From NCBI GenBank assembly GCA_023205875.1, contig CP060754.1, positions 806,001 through 870,000 on the forward strand: 64,000 nucleotides of DNA, written 5' to 3'. The number at the start of each line of letters is the position of its first letter. The first letter of the stretch is position 1. Both the position numbers and the translations under genes were made by a program. Source of the DNA: Chloropicon primus (Eukaryota). Positions 50,996 through 61,128 of this stretch are shown one piece after another. Below the pieces are notes generated by a model that saw only the letters and a list, made by a program, of their open reading frames with translations, ran no database searches and was not told the DNA's origin.

Positions 50996-52608
50996 TTAAA
51001 GGTAGTTCTTCCCCTGGGCTTGCTTTGAGTCGAGGACGGGAAGCGGGGGGACGGGCGGGAACTCCGCAGCGAAATCGATCTTTTGCAAGCGTATCGAGGC
51101 CAGGACCTGCTCAGGAAGCTGCTGGGGGCTCCGGCCCTCCAGAACTAGGGCCATGTCCATCACACCGTGCTTCAGGCAGTGCTTCAGGGAGTGAAAGTAC
51201 CGCCTCGTGGCGTACTGATAGTCGTGGATGTTGACATCCACCTCGATGTACTCAGGACCCACGTGATACTGCACTTGGGGTCTCACCAGCATGGGTTTGT
51301 TCTGCCACCTCCTCAGGATAGCCGCCTCAGCCTTGCCGAAAGTCTTCGTGGCGATCCACTCCTCGAGATTCGGCATCGCTGGAATCATCTTCAGCCGATC
51401 CCTGGTGGGAACCCCAGCCCCATCGGTCACGTCCGCACAGAAGTCTTTCAGGAGTTCTAGGGTGTGCCGGTGCAGCTTGCCCTGCTTGATCTCCTCCTCC
51501 GCGACGAAGCCGTCCCTCAAAGCGTACACTGCCACCACCTGCAAGGTCTTCCCATCAAACGGCTTTCCGAAAATCCTCGCGGGGTACATGGGCGCCTGGT
51601 AATTCACGACGAGCAGGGGGGTGATAGGGCAGTCCTCCGGGATCTTCTCCGTCGAAGGAAGCTTTATCCGCTGGGCCATGTGGCCAACCATATTTTCTGA
51701 ACTGTAAAAGTCGACAGACTTGAGCTCGTAGATCGGTCGCAGGTCCTCCATCTTTATCTTCACCCTGTCCTTCAGGTAGTTCTGCCCCCTCAGCGGAAAC
51801 AGGTTCCCCTTTGGTTCGTCCCAGCACTGCTTCTCTGGCTCGATGTCCCTCTCCTTGCACGCCTCGTAGGGCACCACGGACTTGGGGAGGTGCTTCCCCC
51901 CCTCAGCTTTGTGCTTGTCCAGCTGCCTGGAAGCCTTCGACAGGGAGCGGAAGCCCGGCTTCCAGGTCGTGGCGGCCCCAACTTTGCGTCCCCCCGCGCC
52001 CGCGCCCCCACGATTTTGTTGCCCCCCGCGGTGAGTGCTGGCCTGCGACCCCCCGTCGTCCGGGCCCCGTCCGAATAGGAAGAGGCTGCTGAAATAAGTC
52101 CCGAACCCGGAGAACGTGAAGAAGCTCGCGTAGTCCTCTTCGACAGCCAAGTCGAGGTAATCCTCCTCGTCCGTTATCTCGTCCTCCTCCGCGCTCAGGT
52201 AGTCCGCGCTCTGTATGGACGACTCGCTGAACGTTCTTATCCGCCACGCCGCACCATCTGATCGTTCCGAGACAGCAGAGGACCAGAAGTGTCAGACTAC
52301 TTGTATTGCATTCAGCTCAACGCCCGTCCTCGGTGGTCACGTGGGGCGCCAGCTTGTGAACTTTTCCGTCCGGATGTTTCAGTCGTGGTCGTGAACTTAC
52401 TCGTCAAGTCGGGCGGCAGGTTGCTCGCCCCCTTCCCGCTCGATTTCCCCTTCGACTTCCTCAGCCTCCACTTGCCCTTCCTCTTCTTCTTCCTCCTCTT
52501 CTTCTTGCTCTTGTGTATCTGGTGCGCCTCTAACGGACCCAAGTCCTGCCTGCTGTTCCGCCTCGAAAGCGTGCGCACCTCCGCGTGCCTCCCGCACTTG
52601 TTGCCCAT
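50996..52608 (-). CDS. EDR2 C-terminal / DUF1336 domain protein with lipidation-type N-terminus (exons 52608-52401, 52257-50996)
   Basis: WDEP...FPLRGQNYLKDRVK, LVVNYQAP, RLKMIP, NKPMLVRPQ, LEGR...LPEQVL; exon 1 begins MGNKCG. Confidence 0.83.
52258..52400 (-). other. Spliceosomal intron, 143 bp, phase 1
   Basis: GTAAGT donor, TCTGAC branch, ATCAG acceptor; joins frames correctly. Confidence 0.8.
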
Positions 52609-53017
52609 CTCGCGAGCCACGAACAGACAAACCCCGAGGCTAGCACCAGCGTCCTCCTCCCCTGCACACCCACCCACCTCTGTCCAGGGACCCACGCGTC
52701 AGTTCCTTCCTTCCCTGCCTCGACAGAGCCCCCTCCCTTGAGAATCTCGTCGTCGTTTCCCAGCAGATTCCCAACCGGAGACCGGTGACGCGGACGGACG
52801 CGGACGAGGGGAGCAGAAGGAAGGAAGAAGGCGTTTGCGTTGGGCGGGGGGGGGAGAAGGGGGGGAGAAGGAGAGGATCATCCAGTGCGGAAGTATCGTC
52901 ATCTTTCACCTCTCGCTCTTCCGCTCGAAGGAAGCGACGACCTCGGGAGGATTGGGGGGAGAAGCAGAAAGGATCGAGTGTGTGCGTGAGTGTGAGTGTG
53001 TGCTTGGTGGTGGTGTG

Positions 53018-53980
53018 ATGGTGGGAGGCAGCGGGAAGAAGCTGGCGTTCGGGCTGAGCGTGCCGAAAGCTAGACTCGGGCAGAGGGGTTCCCTGGCGAA
53101 GCCGGCCAAGTTGGCGGGGGTTTTCGGAAACGACGAGGACGGGGACGAGGACGAGGATGGTGGGAGGGGGATCAGTCAAGCGATAGCGGCCGAGCAGAGG
53201 CACGCGCACAGCCTCGCGAAGAACGAGGAGACGTACAGGAGGGCGCTCAAGGAGGACCCCACGGTGTTCGACTACGACGCCGTGTACGAGAGCTTCAACG
53301 CGGGGAAGAGCGCGAAGAAGCGTGAGGATAAGCTGAGCAGGCAGTCCAAGTACATTGCTGACTTGAAGGCGAAAGCCGCGGAGAGGGAAAGGGAACAAGA
53401 AATGGTGCACGAGAGGAAGATGGTCAGGGAGGTGGAGAAGGAGGAGCACCTGTACGGAGCCAAGGAGAAGTTCATAACGAGCTCTTACAGGAAGAAGCTC
53501 GAGGAGGACAGGTCGTGGCAAGAGCAGGAGAAGCGGAAGGAGGAGGAGGAAAGGAGGGACGACGTGACGAAGAAAGCGAATCTCGGGGCCTTTTACTCGA
53601 ATCTTCTTACCAGCAACGTGGCCTTCGGCAACCCTGAAGAAAAGAAGGCAAGGGCTCCGAGGGAAGAGCCAGCGGAGCGAAGACAGGCCTCGGCCGCTCC
53701 CGTTGGGGGCCAAGGCCCGGGCCGGCCGGCGGAGCACCCTCCCGGGGGTTCCGGGGGGGAGGGCGCAGTGAGTCGGGTCGATGAGCGGACCGCGCCCGAA
53801 GCCCCTGCGGATGCTGGTCCACCCCCGCCACCACGGGAGAAGGGTGGGCCCGAGGCACAGCCTCGGGGCCACGGTGGAGAGAGCGAACCTGACGAGAAAG
53901 CGAAGGCCGCGGAGGCGAGGACTCAAAAGATCAACGCCGCTTTACTCAGATATAGAAAGAGAAAAGCGGCGCAGATGTAA
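53018..53980 (+). CDS. NSRP1: Nuclear speckle splicing regulatory protein 1 / CCDC55 (DUF2040)
   Basis: ALKEDPTVFDYDAVY, SKYIADL, KEKFITSSYRKKLEE, DVTK...FYSNLL. Confidence 0.88.
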   Translation: MVGGSGKKLAFGLSVPKARLGQRGSLAKPAKLAGVFGNDEDGDEDEDGGRGISQAIAAEQRHAHSLAKNEETYRRALKEDPTVFDYDAVYESFNAGKSAKKREDKLSRQSKYIADLKAKAAEREREQEMVHERKMVREVEKEEHLYGAKEKFITSSYRKKLEEDRSWQEQEKRKEEEERRDDVTKKANLGAFYSNLLTSNVAFGNPEEKKARAPREEPAERRQASAAPVGGQGPGRPAEHPPGGSGGEGAVSRVDERTAPEAPADAGPPPPPREKGGPEAQPRGHGGESEPDEKAKAAEARTQKINAALLRYRKRKAAQM

Positions 53981-54323
53981 CCTACACTTGTACCATAAAC
54001 TCCTGTAAAGCATACGATGTGTATCTGACGACAACGACGGCGTGGGGTCCTTCAAGCGCCTACCACACACTCGTTGGCTTTCTGTGGTCGCTCGAGGGGG
54101 AGAATCTTCCAACCTCTCTTTCAAGCTTGGTCGAGGTGAGTCCCTCCTTCCTTTCCCATCGCTTGACCCCAAAGATAAAGATGGTTCCTTTTTCTTCCTT
54201 CGGAAGCCTTTCGCCTTTCCATTTATTTTTCAAATAATTATTGCTCAGGTTTGTGTACGACGGAAGAGCGAGGGAGTGAGGGAGTGAGGGAGCGAGGCCT
54301 TGGCTCGAAGCCTTGATCGAAGG

Positions 54324-56333
54324 ATGGCGACGATAGCGGGGAAGTGTCCCGCGCACGGGTACTACGTCCTGAGCAGCGGCGAGCTGGAGTACGAGCGACT
54401 GAAAGCGCTTCGGGAGACAAGGGTCCAGCGCATCCTTCAGGTGAGAGAGCAAGGTAGGACCTTGGCGAAAGAAAGGAGGGAGCTTCTCAGCACCAACACC
54501 GACCGGTTCGAAGGCGAGAACGTGAACCATGAGAAGGAGAACTGGATGAACGAAAGGGCTTACAACGTGGACTACATGAGGAGGATGTACGAGCAGTTGA
54601 AGCTGAACGTGGGGAAAGGCCACAAGAAAGCTCGCTCTGTCTCTGCCAAGGCCAAGAGGAGGGCAGCGAAACAAGAGCGGTACAACGAAAAGATCGCCCT
54701 GGCCACAGAGGAGCGATACAATGCGGCCGTCGAGGCCGTCAACAGGAAGAGGGCGGAGTACGGCGCAAGCCTTGACGACTTCAAGGAAAGGCGGGCAAGG
54801 GTGAAAGAGATAGAAGCAACCAGAGCCAAGGAGGGCATCGCGAGGTACTTTGGAAGCAAAGCCCAGAGGGAGGAGGAGGTCAAAGCGAAGGAGGAGGAGC
54901 TCCTCCGGCTTTTGGGCCAGGGTTCCGGGAGCTACAGCACGTCCCACTTGCACGAGCTGGGAATACCCGTTGAAATTCGCAAGCACGGCGACTCCGAAGA
55001 GGGAGATGACGCCAACGATAGAGCTTTGGCGATCAACAAGATGCTCAAGGAGAGGGAAGAGAGGAACAAGAAAGAGAGGGCAAAGGCTCTCCTTCGAGAG
55101 AGCGAGAGGACGCACGCTGCGGCCCAGTTCGTGCGGGCGAGAGAGATGGGCAGGCAAGTCAACAAGAAGCTTTCCAACTTGTGGCTCAAGGACAGGGAGG
55201 AAAAGATCAACGAGTTCCTCCAGCACCAGAAGCGCAGGGTGGCGAGGAAAGAGATGAGCAAGACCGAGAAGCTGGAAAGGGAAATCGAGGACATCTTTAA
55301 CCTGAAGCCCCAGGAAGACCAGGAAGTTCAGTACGCCACGGCAGAAGAAGTCCAAGTGCTAAACTGGAGCAACACGCTTCCGAAGGGCGACCAAAGGAGG
55401 AGCCTGGCCAAGGAGTTGCAAGCAGCAAAATCGCAAACGGTCGTCCGGGATACCACGGGCGGAGCCGCCGCGCCATCCACGAGCAAGGCGAAGCCCCCAA
55501 TCAACATCAGCATCCCGAAGGGCTTGAAGAAGAGCAACGCAAAGAGGACCGAGTCAACGACGGTTTCCAAGGAAGAGAAGCCCCAAACCGTGGGACGGCG
55601 GCGGCCGGCATCGGCAGCAGCTCCTCTTGGGAGGAGGCAGGATGTCAAGCCAAAGCCGAAGAGGAAGGGAAAGGGGAAGGGGACGGCTTCGGACCGGGAC
55701 CCAAGGTTGGGCACGAAGGGCCTCAAGGGCGTCGAGAGCTACCTGGACGAGAAGGACCCCCTCAACCTCCAGCAGCTTGCGGACGACATCAGCTTACTGA
55801 CGTCCAGCGTCCTCACTGACGCCACCGAGCTGGCCAAGGAGGACGAGAGGAGGTTCATGAAGGACACCCAAGATCTCTTCAGCGAAACCTCGGAACTTTT
55901 GTTCGGGGAACAGAAAGTTTATGACGGGTCCGTGCCCTCCACGAGCGAGAACAGCAGCGATCCCTCCTTCCTCAACGTAGGCGGGTCGGGGCTGGACTTT
56001 CCTGAATTGAGGGAGATAGACAACCTGCTGAGCGACTCCTTCTTCAGCCTCTCCACCCTGGAGGAAGAGAGCAACAAGGGGACCGAAAGCAAATCGAGCA
56101 AGTCCTCCCCCTTCACCCTCCAGAGCGACGAGCTGCTGGAGGGCATTTCAAAGAAGGGCGAGGACGACCAAAAGGTGGAGCAGAGCCTCTTCTCGCCAAG
56201 CTCGAGCTCGAGCTCCGTCTTGGGAGGGAACGAGTCCAAGGCAAGCAGAGAGGCCGAGACTCTGACCTCCACCCTCTTGGACACCAGCGACGACGATCTG
56301 ATCGACAACTTTTTGGAAAGGTTCGAAGAGTAA
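54324..56333 (+). CDS. Coiled-coil protein with CEP295/Ana1 (DDC8)-like N-terminal domain
   Basis: RVQRILQVREQ...W...Y......VGKGHKKA...RY..A resembles the recalled CEP295 N-terminus (RLLQVREQ...W...GEGHRQA); Ser/acidic tail. Confidence 0.6.
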   Translation: MATIAGKCPAHGYYVLSSGELEYERLKALRETRVQRILQVREQGRTLAKERRELLSTNTDRFEGENVNHEKENWMNERAYNVDYMRRMYEQLKLNVGKGHKKARSVSAKAKRRAAKQERYNEKIALATEERYNAAVEAVNRKRAEYGASLDDFKERRARVKEIEATRAKEGIARYFGSKAQREEEVKAKEEELLRLLGQGSGSYSTSHLHELGIPVEIRKHGDSEEGDDANDRALAINKMLKEREERNKKERAKALLRESERTHAAAQFVRAREMGRQVNKKLSNLWLKDREEKINEFLQHQKRRVARKEMSKTEKLEREIEDIFNLKPQEDQEVQYATAEEVQVLNWSNTLPKGDQRRSLAKELQAAKSQTVVRDTTGGAAAPSTSKAKPPINISIPKGLKKSNAKRTESTTVSKEEKPQTVGRRRPASAAAPLGRRQDVKPKPKRKGKGKGTASDRDPRLGTKGLKGVESYLDEKDPLNLQQLADDISLLTSSVLTDATELAKEDERRFMKDTQDLFSETSELLFGEQKVYDGSVPSTSENSSDPSFLNVGGSGLDFPELREIDNLLSDSFFSLSTLEEESNKGTESKSSKSSPFTLQSDELLEGISKKGEDDQKVEQSLFSPSSSSSSVLGGNESKASREAETLTSTLLDTSDDDLIDNFLERFEE

Positions 56334-56439
56334 AGAGAATGCTTCATAAGCAACGATCGATGTGTACAACACTTCACTTTTGATACAGACAACAAATAAA
56401 TACCACCAACCGCCACCACCACCACCGGAAGAATCCACT

Positions 56440-57963
56440 TTATTTTTGCTTCGAAGACGCCTCGACCACTCTCTGGACCAGGTCCCAAAACGGAGATACC
56501 GTCGAGATTTTCACTCTCTCCTCCGGAGTGTGGGCACCCAGGATGGTGGGGCCGAAGGCGACCATGTCGCACCCTTGAAGCTTCTCGCCAATGATGCCGC
56601 ACTCCAGGCCCGCGTGGATCGCGGTGACCTCGGGCTTGCGCCCAATAATCTTCGTCACCTCGTCCACGGTAACCTTGAGGATGGGCGACTCCAGGTTGGG
56701 CTGCCAGCCCGGGTACGGCACGTTGCCCGTCACCGTGGCGCCGCACAGGCCGGCCAGGGACCTGAACTGCCCCCTCACCGCCTCGATCGCCCCGTTCACG
56801 GAGGATCGGGTGGAGCACATGATCACAAACTCCACATCGCCGGCGTCGTCGGACGCAGCGGCCCCTTCGGCCGCCTTGCACTTGACGCTGGCAATGTTGT
56901 TGGACGTCTCCACGAGCTCGGGAATGCTGTGGGAGAACTTGACTGGCCCGTGCGGAAGGACGTTGAGCACGGAAACGAGCTTCCTGCCGTCCTCCTCGGT
57001 GAGGGCCACGCCTTTGCCAAAGGCGCCGTCCTCGGCCACGCTCAGGGCCACCTCCATGCCCTTCTCGAGGACGCCGTACTCCAGCTTGAGCTCGCCCGCG
57101 ATCCTGTCCAGCACCTCCTTGGCCGCGTCGCCTTGGCCGTCTCCGCTCCTCCTCACGTACACCCTCGCCTCGCTCGTCCTGGGGATGACGTTGTGCTGCT
57201 TGTCCCCCGCCGAGACGTCCGCGAGGCGGCAGAGTCCCGCCTCCATGAGGCCGCTCAGCACCCTCGCGGCCACCTTGACTGCGCTGGCGTGGTACTTGTG
57301 GATGTCCGCGCCGGAGTGGCCGCCGACCAGGCCTCCCACCGCGAGGACGGCCGGTCGGAACTCGCCGAGGTCCACCCGCTCCCTCCGGCACCTCAGAGCG
57401 ATGTTGCTGATGCCGCCGCCGGCGCAGCCGCAGTACACGTTCGGCCAGTCCTCCGCGTCCAAGTTGAGAAGGATGCGACCCTCCACGATGGAGGGGTCGA
57501 GGGCCTTGGCCCCGACCAGGCCGATCTCCTCCTGGACGGTGAAGAGCCCCTCCAGGGGAGGGAGATCGGCGTCCTCGGGCATCTCGAGGAGCGCCAGGGC
57601 CGCCGCGACGCCCAGGCCGTTGTCGGCCCCCAGCGTGGTCCCCCTGGCCTTCAGCCAGTCCCCCTCGATCTTGAGGGCGATGGGGTCCTCCGAGAAGTCG
57701 TGGCTCGAGTCCTTCTCCTTCTCGCACACCATGTCGACGTGCCCCTGGATCACGACGGTCGGCGCGCCCTTCACACTCCCCTCCCTCCTCACGCAGATGT
57801 TCCCCGCCTCGTCCTGCCTCCACTTCAGCCCGTTCTCCTCCGCGAACCCCTTGATGTACTCCAGGACTCCCTCCTCCTCCCTGCTCCTCCTCGGGATCGA
57901 GGCTAGGGTCTCAAAGTGCTTCCATATCACCCGGGGCTCCAACCCCTCGGTCACACCCACCAT
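56440..57963 (-). CDS. pepD: Aminoacyl-histidine dipeptidase (peptidase M20C, bacterial PepD type)
   Basis: IPRRS..E, QGHVDMVCEK, GTTLGADNG, EEIGLVGA, GGHSGADIH, IHAGLECG, FGPTILGAHTPEER; no targeting peptide. Confidence 0.93.
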   Translation of the reverse strand: MVGVTEGLEPRVIWKHFETLASIPRRSREEEGVLEYIKGFAEENGLKWRQDEAGNICVRREGSVKGAPTVVIQGHVDMVCEKEKDSSHDFSEDPIALKIEGDWLKARGTTLGADNGLGVAAALALLEMPEDADLPPLEGLFTVQEEIGLVGAKALDPSIVEGRILLNLDAEDWPNVYCGCAGGGISNIALRCRRERVDLGEFRPAVLAVGGLVGGHSGADIHKYHASAVKVAARVLSGLMEAGLCRLADVSAGDKQHNVIPRTSEARVYVRRSGDGQGDAAKEVLDRIAGELKLEYGVLEKGMEVALSVAEDGAFGKGVALTEEDGRKLVSVLNVLPHGPVKFSHSIPELVETSNNIASVKCKAAEGAAASDDAGDVEFVIMCSTRSSVNGAIEAVRGQFRSLAGLCGATVTGNVPYPGWQPNLESPILKVTVDEVTKIIGRKPEVTAIHAGLECGIIGEKLQGCDMVAFGPTILGAHTPEERVKISTVSPFWDLVQRVVEASSKQK

Positions 57964-58285
57964 GGGTCACTGGGTCGCTCGAAACAAGCAAGCAAACGAA
58001 CAAGACAAACGAACAAACGTCCCTCCACCCTGCGCTTTTCCTCTTCTCCTCGCCCCTTCGGGTCGGGTCGCCTTCGTTTTTTAAGTGCACACACAATGGT
58101 TGTAGTTTTAGGTGTACGGGGATCCGTCGCGATCATTGGCTCGGACAAGGGAAGGGATAAGGCGGGATCTTGTTCTCTCTCTCACGAGGAAGGGAGGAAG
58201 AGACAGAGAGGTTGACGTCGTCGGTCGGGTTTGTGTTTGTCGTGCAGCGCCTTGTTTTTGCGGTTGAGAAGAGGGTTGAGAAAGG

Positions 58286-59054
58286 ATGGCGTTCGGAGTC
58301 GTGAGCAAGGTGCAGACTCTGAGGACCGTGCGCGCGGTCAACAGGCGCGCGGCGAGAACGCAGGTGAGTGGGGCGTGACAGTCCATATCTCGGAGGAACA
58401 AGCCGGATCCCCTCTCCCCCCCCGGATCCCCTCTCCTTCTTCTGGGCAAGCAGCGACTGACTTTCACTCCCCCTCGATCCGCCCGCGACGCAGAGGGTTG
58501 TCAGGGTCTCCGCGGAAGCGCCCGTGCCGGCGAAGAAGAAGAAGGCGGCCAAGGAGCCGTGGACGGAGCCCACTCTGGACCCCACCACCCCATCGCCCAT
58601 CTTCGGGGGCAGCACGGGAGGCCTCCTGCGCAAGGCTCAGGTGGAGGAGTTCTACGTGATCACGTGGGAAGCCAAGAAGGAGCAGATTTTCGAGATGCCA
58701 ACGGGGGGTGCGGCGATCATGCGCCAGGGCCCCAACCTCCTCAAGCTCGCGCGAAAAGAGCAGTGCCAGGCCCTTCTGACGCAGCTTAGGACCAAGTTCA
58801 AGACGGACGGGTGCTACTACCGCGTGTTCCCGGATGGGTCCGTGGAGTACCTCCACCCGAACGACGGGGTCTACCCGGAGAAGGTCAACCCCGGGCGCCA
58901 GCAGGCCAACACCAACGACAGGAGGATCGGCCAGAACGTAAACCCCATCAACGTCAAGTTCACGGGATCGCTGGGGCCATTCGAGTCGGACATGGCCAAC
59001 GGTCCTCTCACGCAGAAGGACCCACCACCAAGGCCTCCAGCCCCAGAGCAGTAA
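58286..59054 (+). CDS. psaD: Photosystem I subunit II, nuclear-encoded (exons 58286-58363, 58494-59054)
   Basis: [26 protein letters not shown]...[25 protein letters not shown]...[14 protein letters not shown]; Arg/Ala/Val-rich transit peptide after splicing. Confidence 0.96.
58364..58493 (+). other. Spliceosomal intron, 130 bp, phase 0, in the PsaD transit peptide
   Basis: CAG|GTGAGT donor, ACTGAC branch near 58456, CGCAG acceptor. Confidence 0.87.
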
Positions 59055-59397
59055 GGAGAAGGCGTGAAACGACGGCGAGGAGGTGGAGGTGGGGAACGGC
59101 CCCATCGGCGTGGAGAGGGAAGGGCCTTGTAAAGCAAAGCAAATGGGTGTGCGTTTGTTCAAGATTTCTGAGCCATATATATATGCAGAAAGAAAATTCT
59201 AACTGGTTGGAACCAGGCATATGTGTATATATATGATAGAAATAGATAACAAATAAAAAATCATATAAAATAATCCCGCGCCCACGGAGGGGGTCACCGC
59301 CAAGCCCAACCCCCCCGAGCGCGTCTCCCTCAAAAACCCCTGCCTGTATCATACATGGTACCTCGCAGCGCGGCCGCGACCGTCACCACCACCCTCA

Positions 59398-61128
59398 TCA
59401 CCTGCTGTTGAAGGTGTTCGGAGGAAAGGTTGCGGCGTTCGGCACTCCCTGGAAGTTCAGACCCATCCCATGCAGCATCGGGCTCATCATGCTCTGCAAA
59501 GCGGCCATGTTCATCTGCGGCGCCGCGGCGGGGTTGGCGTTGGCCATGCCCAGGGGCATCACCTGGTTCAGGAAGGGCAGGCCGGGCATCCCGCCCATCA
59601 TCCCCGGGTGGATCATGTTCATCTGGGGGAAGGGCAGCCCCATGCCAGGGGGGTGGGGGGCAACGAACGGCCCCGAGCCCACCACGGCCGCGTTGAAGAC
59701 GTCCTGCGCCCTCGCGGCGCCCTTGTTCTCTTGAGCGGGGGGTGTCGCCTTCCTCTGGGACCCCGCCCCCCCGTGACGATGGGAGACCCGAGCCCCGCCC
59801 CCGGGCGCCCTGCCGTCCCTCTCCTTGCCAGAGCCAACGGCCTTGCCGTTCGACCTCTCGGCCTGCTGCTTCGGCCTCTTCTTCGCCAGCCTCTCCCCCC
59901 CCTTCTCCACGACGCAGGACGGGCCCAGGCTGCCGGCCCACTTCTCCCCCTCCCTCCCCGTGATGACCACGCGGAGGGTGTTGTCGTCCGACAAGTCGAT
60001 CTTGCTGATGACAAAGTAGTCCCTCTTGCTCTTCCTCCCCGCCGCCGCGGGGAACTTGCCGAAGTAAGCGTTCCTGTTCCTTGACCTTGGGGTGTCCTCG
60101 TCGTTCTGGTCCTGCTGGCTCTGCGCCCGGACGCCGTGCTTGGGCTCCTCGGCCTCGTTCTCCGTGTCGAACATGCTGATGCTGCCCTGGAGCCACTTTG
60201 GCCGCTTCCTCGTCCTGGTGGACTTCTCCCTGTAAAGCACAGAGTTCTCGTCGTCCGAGGAGTCGTCCAGGTCGTAGATCGCGCTCAGGGGCAGGGCCCT
60301 CGCGCCCTCCTTCTCGAAGCCCTGGGCGGACTCCCTGGCCGCGGCCTCGCTCTCGAACAGGACTTTCCCCTCCCTCTCCGGGTGCGCCAGGTTATCCGGA
60401 TCGTCCTTTGGCTCGCAGGTCAGGCAGTCCCCGACCTCGGCCTGGAACGCGGACCCTATCCTCGGCCTCGGCCTGAGGCCCTCGCCCCCCCCACCGTGCT
60501 TGTTCTTCAAGCCGAACGTGCCGCCGGCGGGGTGGCTCATCACCATCGCGGCGTCCCCCGCCGCCTCCTTGTGCTTTGCGCCCCGGAAAGCGAGCCACCG
60601 GGAGTGGTGCTCCCCCCCGCCGGCGGGGTTCCGGGTCCCGCCCTTCCGTGAAGGGTCCCACTCGTGCTGCGCGCCCTCCCCGAACCTCGGGCTGGCAGGC
60701 CACGTGGCCATCTGGGCCGAGGCGCTCCCGCTCCCGCTCTGTGCCCCCGCGCTCCTCGCCCTCCCGTTGCTGGAGGACCTCCCCCCCCTCCCCCCGCTCT
60801 TGTCGAACCCGTTGTCCTCGAGCCACTTCCCCAGGGTGCACGGCCCCAGCGCGTGCACGTTCCACTGCATGCCGGGCTCCGCCGCGACGTCGATCCGGAC
60901 GCTGTACTTCCACTTCTTCGAGGCCGCCATCCCCGCGTACCTCTCGAACTCGGTCGGCGTGTACATGTGCGCCCTCTCTCCCTCCTGCAGCGCCGACCTC
61001 CTCGGGTAGAAGAAGACCCTCTTGTGCGGGTCGAACTCTCCCGCAAAGCCGTTGCACACCACCGCGATCATCACCCCGCCGGGACGACGCTCCCCCTCGT
61101 CGTTCCCCACCTCCGGTACGCTCCCCAT
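59398..61128 (-). CDS. SAND-domain protein with ELM2-like motif and Met/Pro-rich tail
   Basis: IAVVCNGFAGEF...YTPTEFERYAGMAASKKWKYSVRI (SAND); PRIGSAFQAEV (ELM2-like start). Start placed at ATG 61128. Confidence 0.78.
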   Translation of the reverse strand: MGSVPEVGNDEGERRPGGVMIAVVCNGFAGEFDPHKRVFFYPRRSALQEGERAHMYTPTEFERYAGMAASKKWKYSVRIDVAAEPGMQWNVHALGPCTLGKWLEDNGFDKSGGRGGRSSSNGRARSAGAQSGSGSASAQMATWPASPRFGEGAQHEWDPSRKGGTRNPAGGGEHHSRWLAFRGAKHKEAAGDAAMVMSHPAGGTFGLKNKHGGGGEGLRPRPRIGSAFQAEVGDCLTCEPKDDPDNLAHPEREGKVLFESEAAARESAQGFEKEGARALPLSAIYDLDDSSDDENSVLYREKSTRTRKRPKWLQGSISMFDTENEAEEPKHGVRAQSQQDQNDEDTPRSRNRNAYFGKFPAAAGRKSKRDYFVISKIDLSDDNTLRVVITGREGEKWAGSLGPSCVVEKGGERLAKKRPKQQAERSNGKAVGSGKERDGRAPGGGARVSHRHGGAGSQRKATPPAQENKGAARAQDVFNAAVVGSGPFVAPHPPGMGLPFPQMNMIHPGMMGGMPGLPFLNQVMPLGMANANPAAAPQMNMAALQSMMSPMLHGMGLNFQGVPNAATFPPNTFNSR

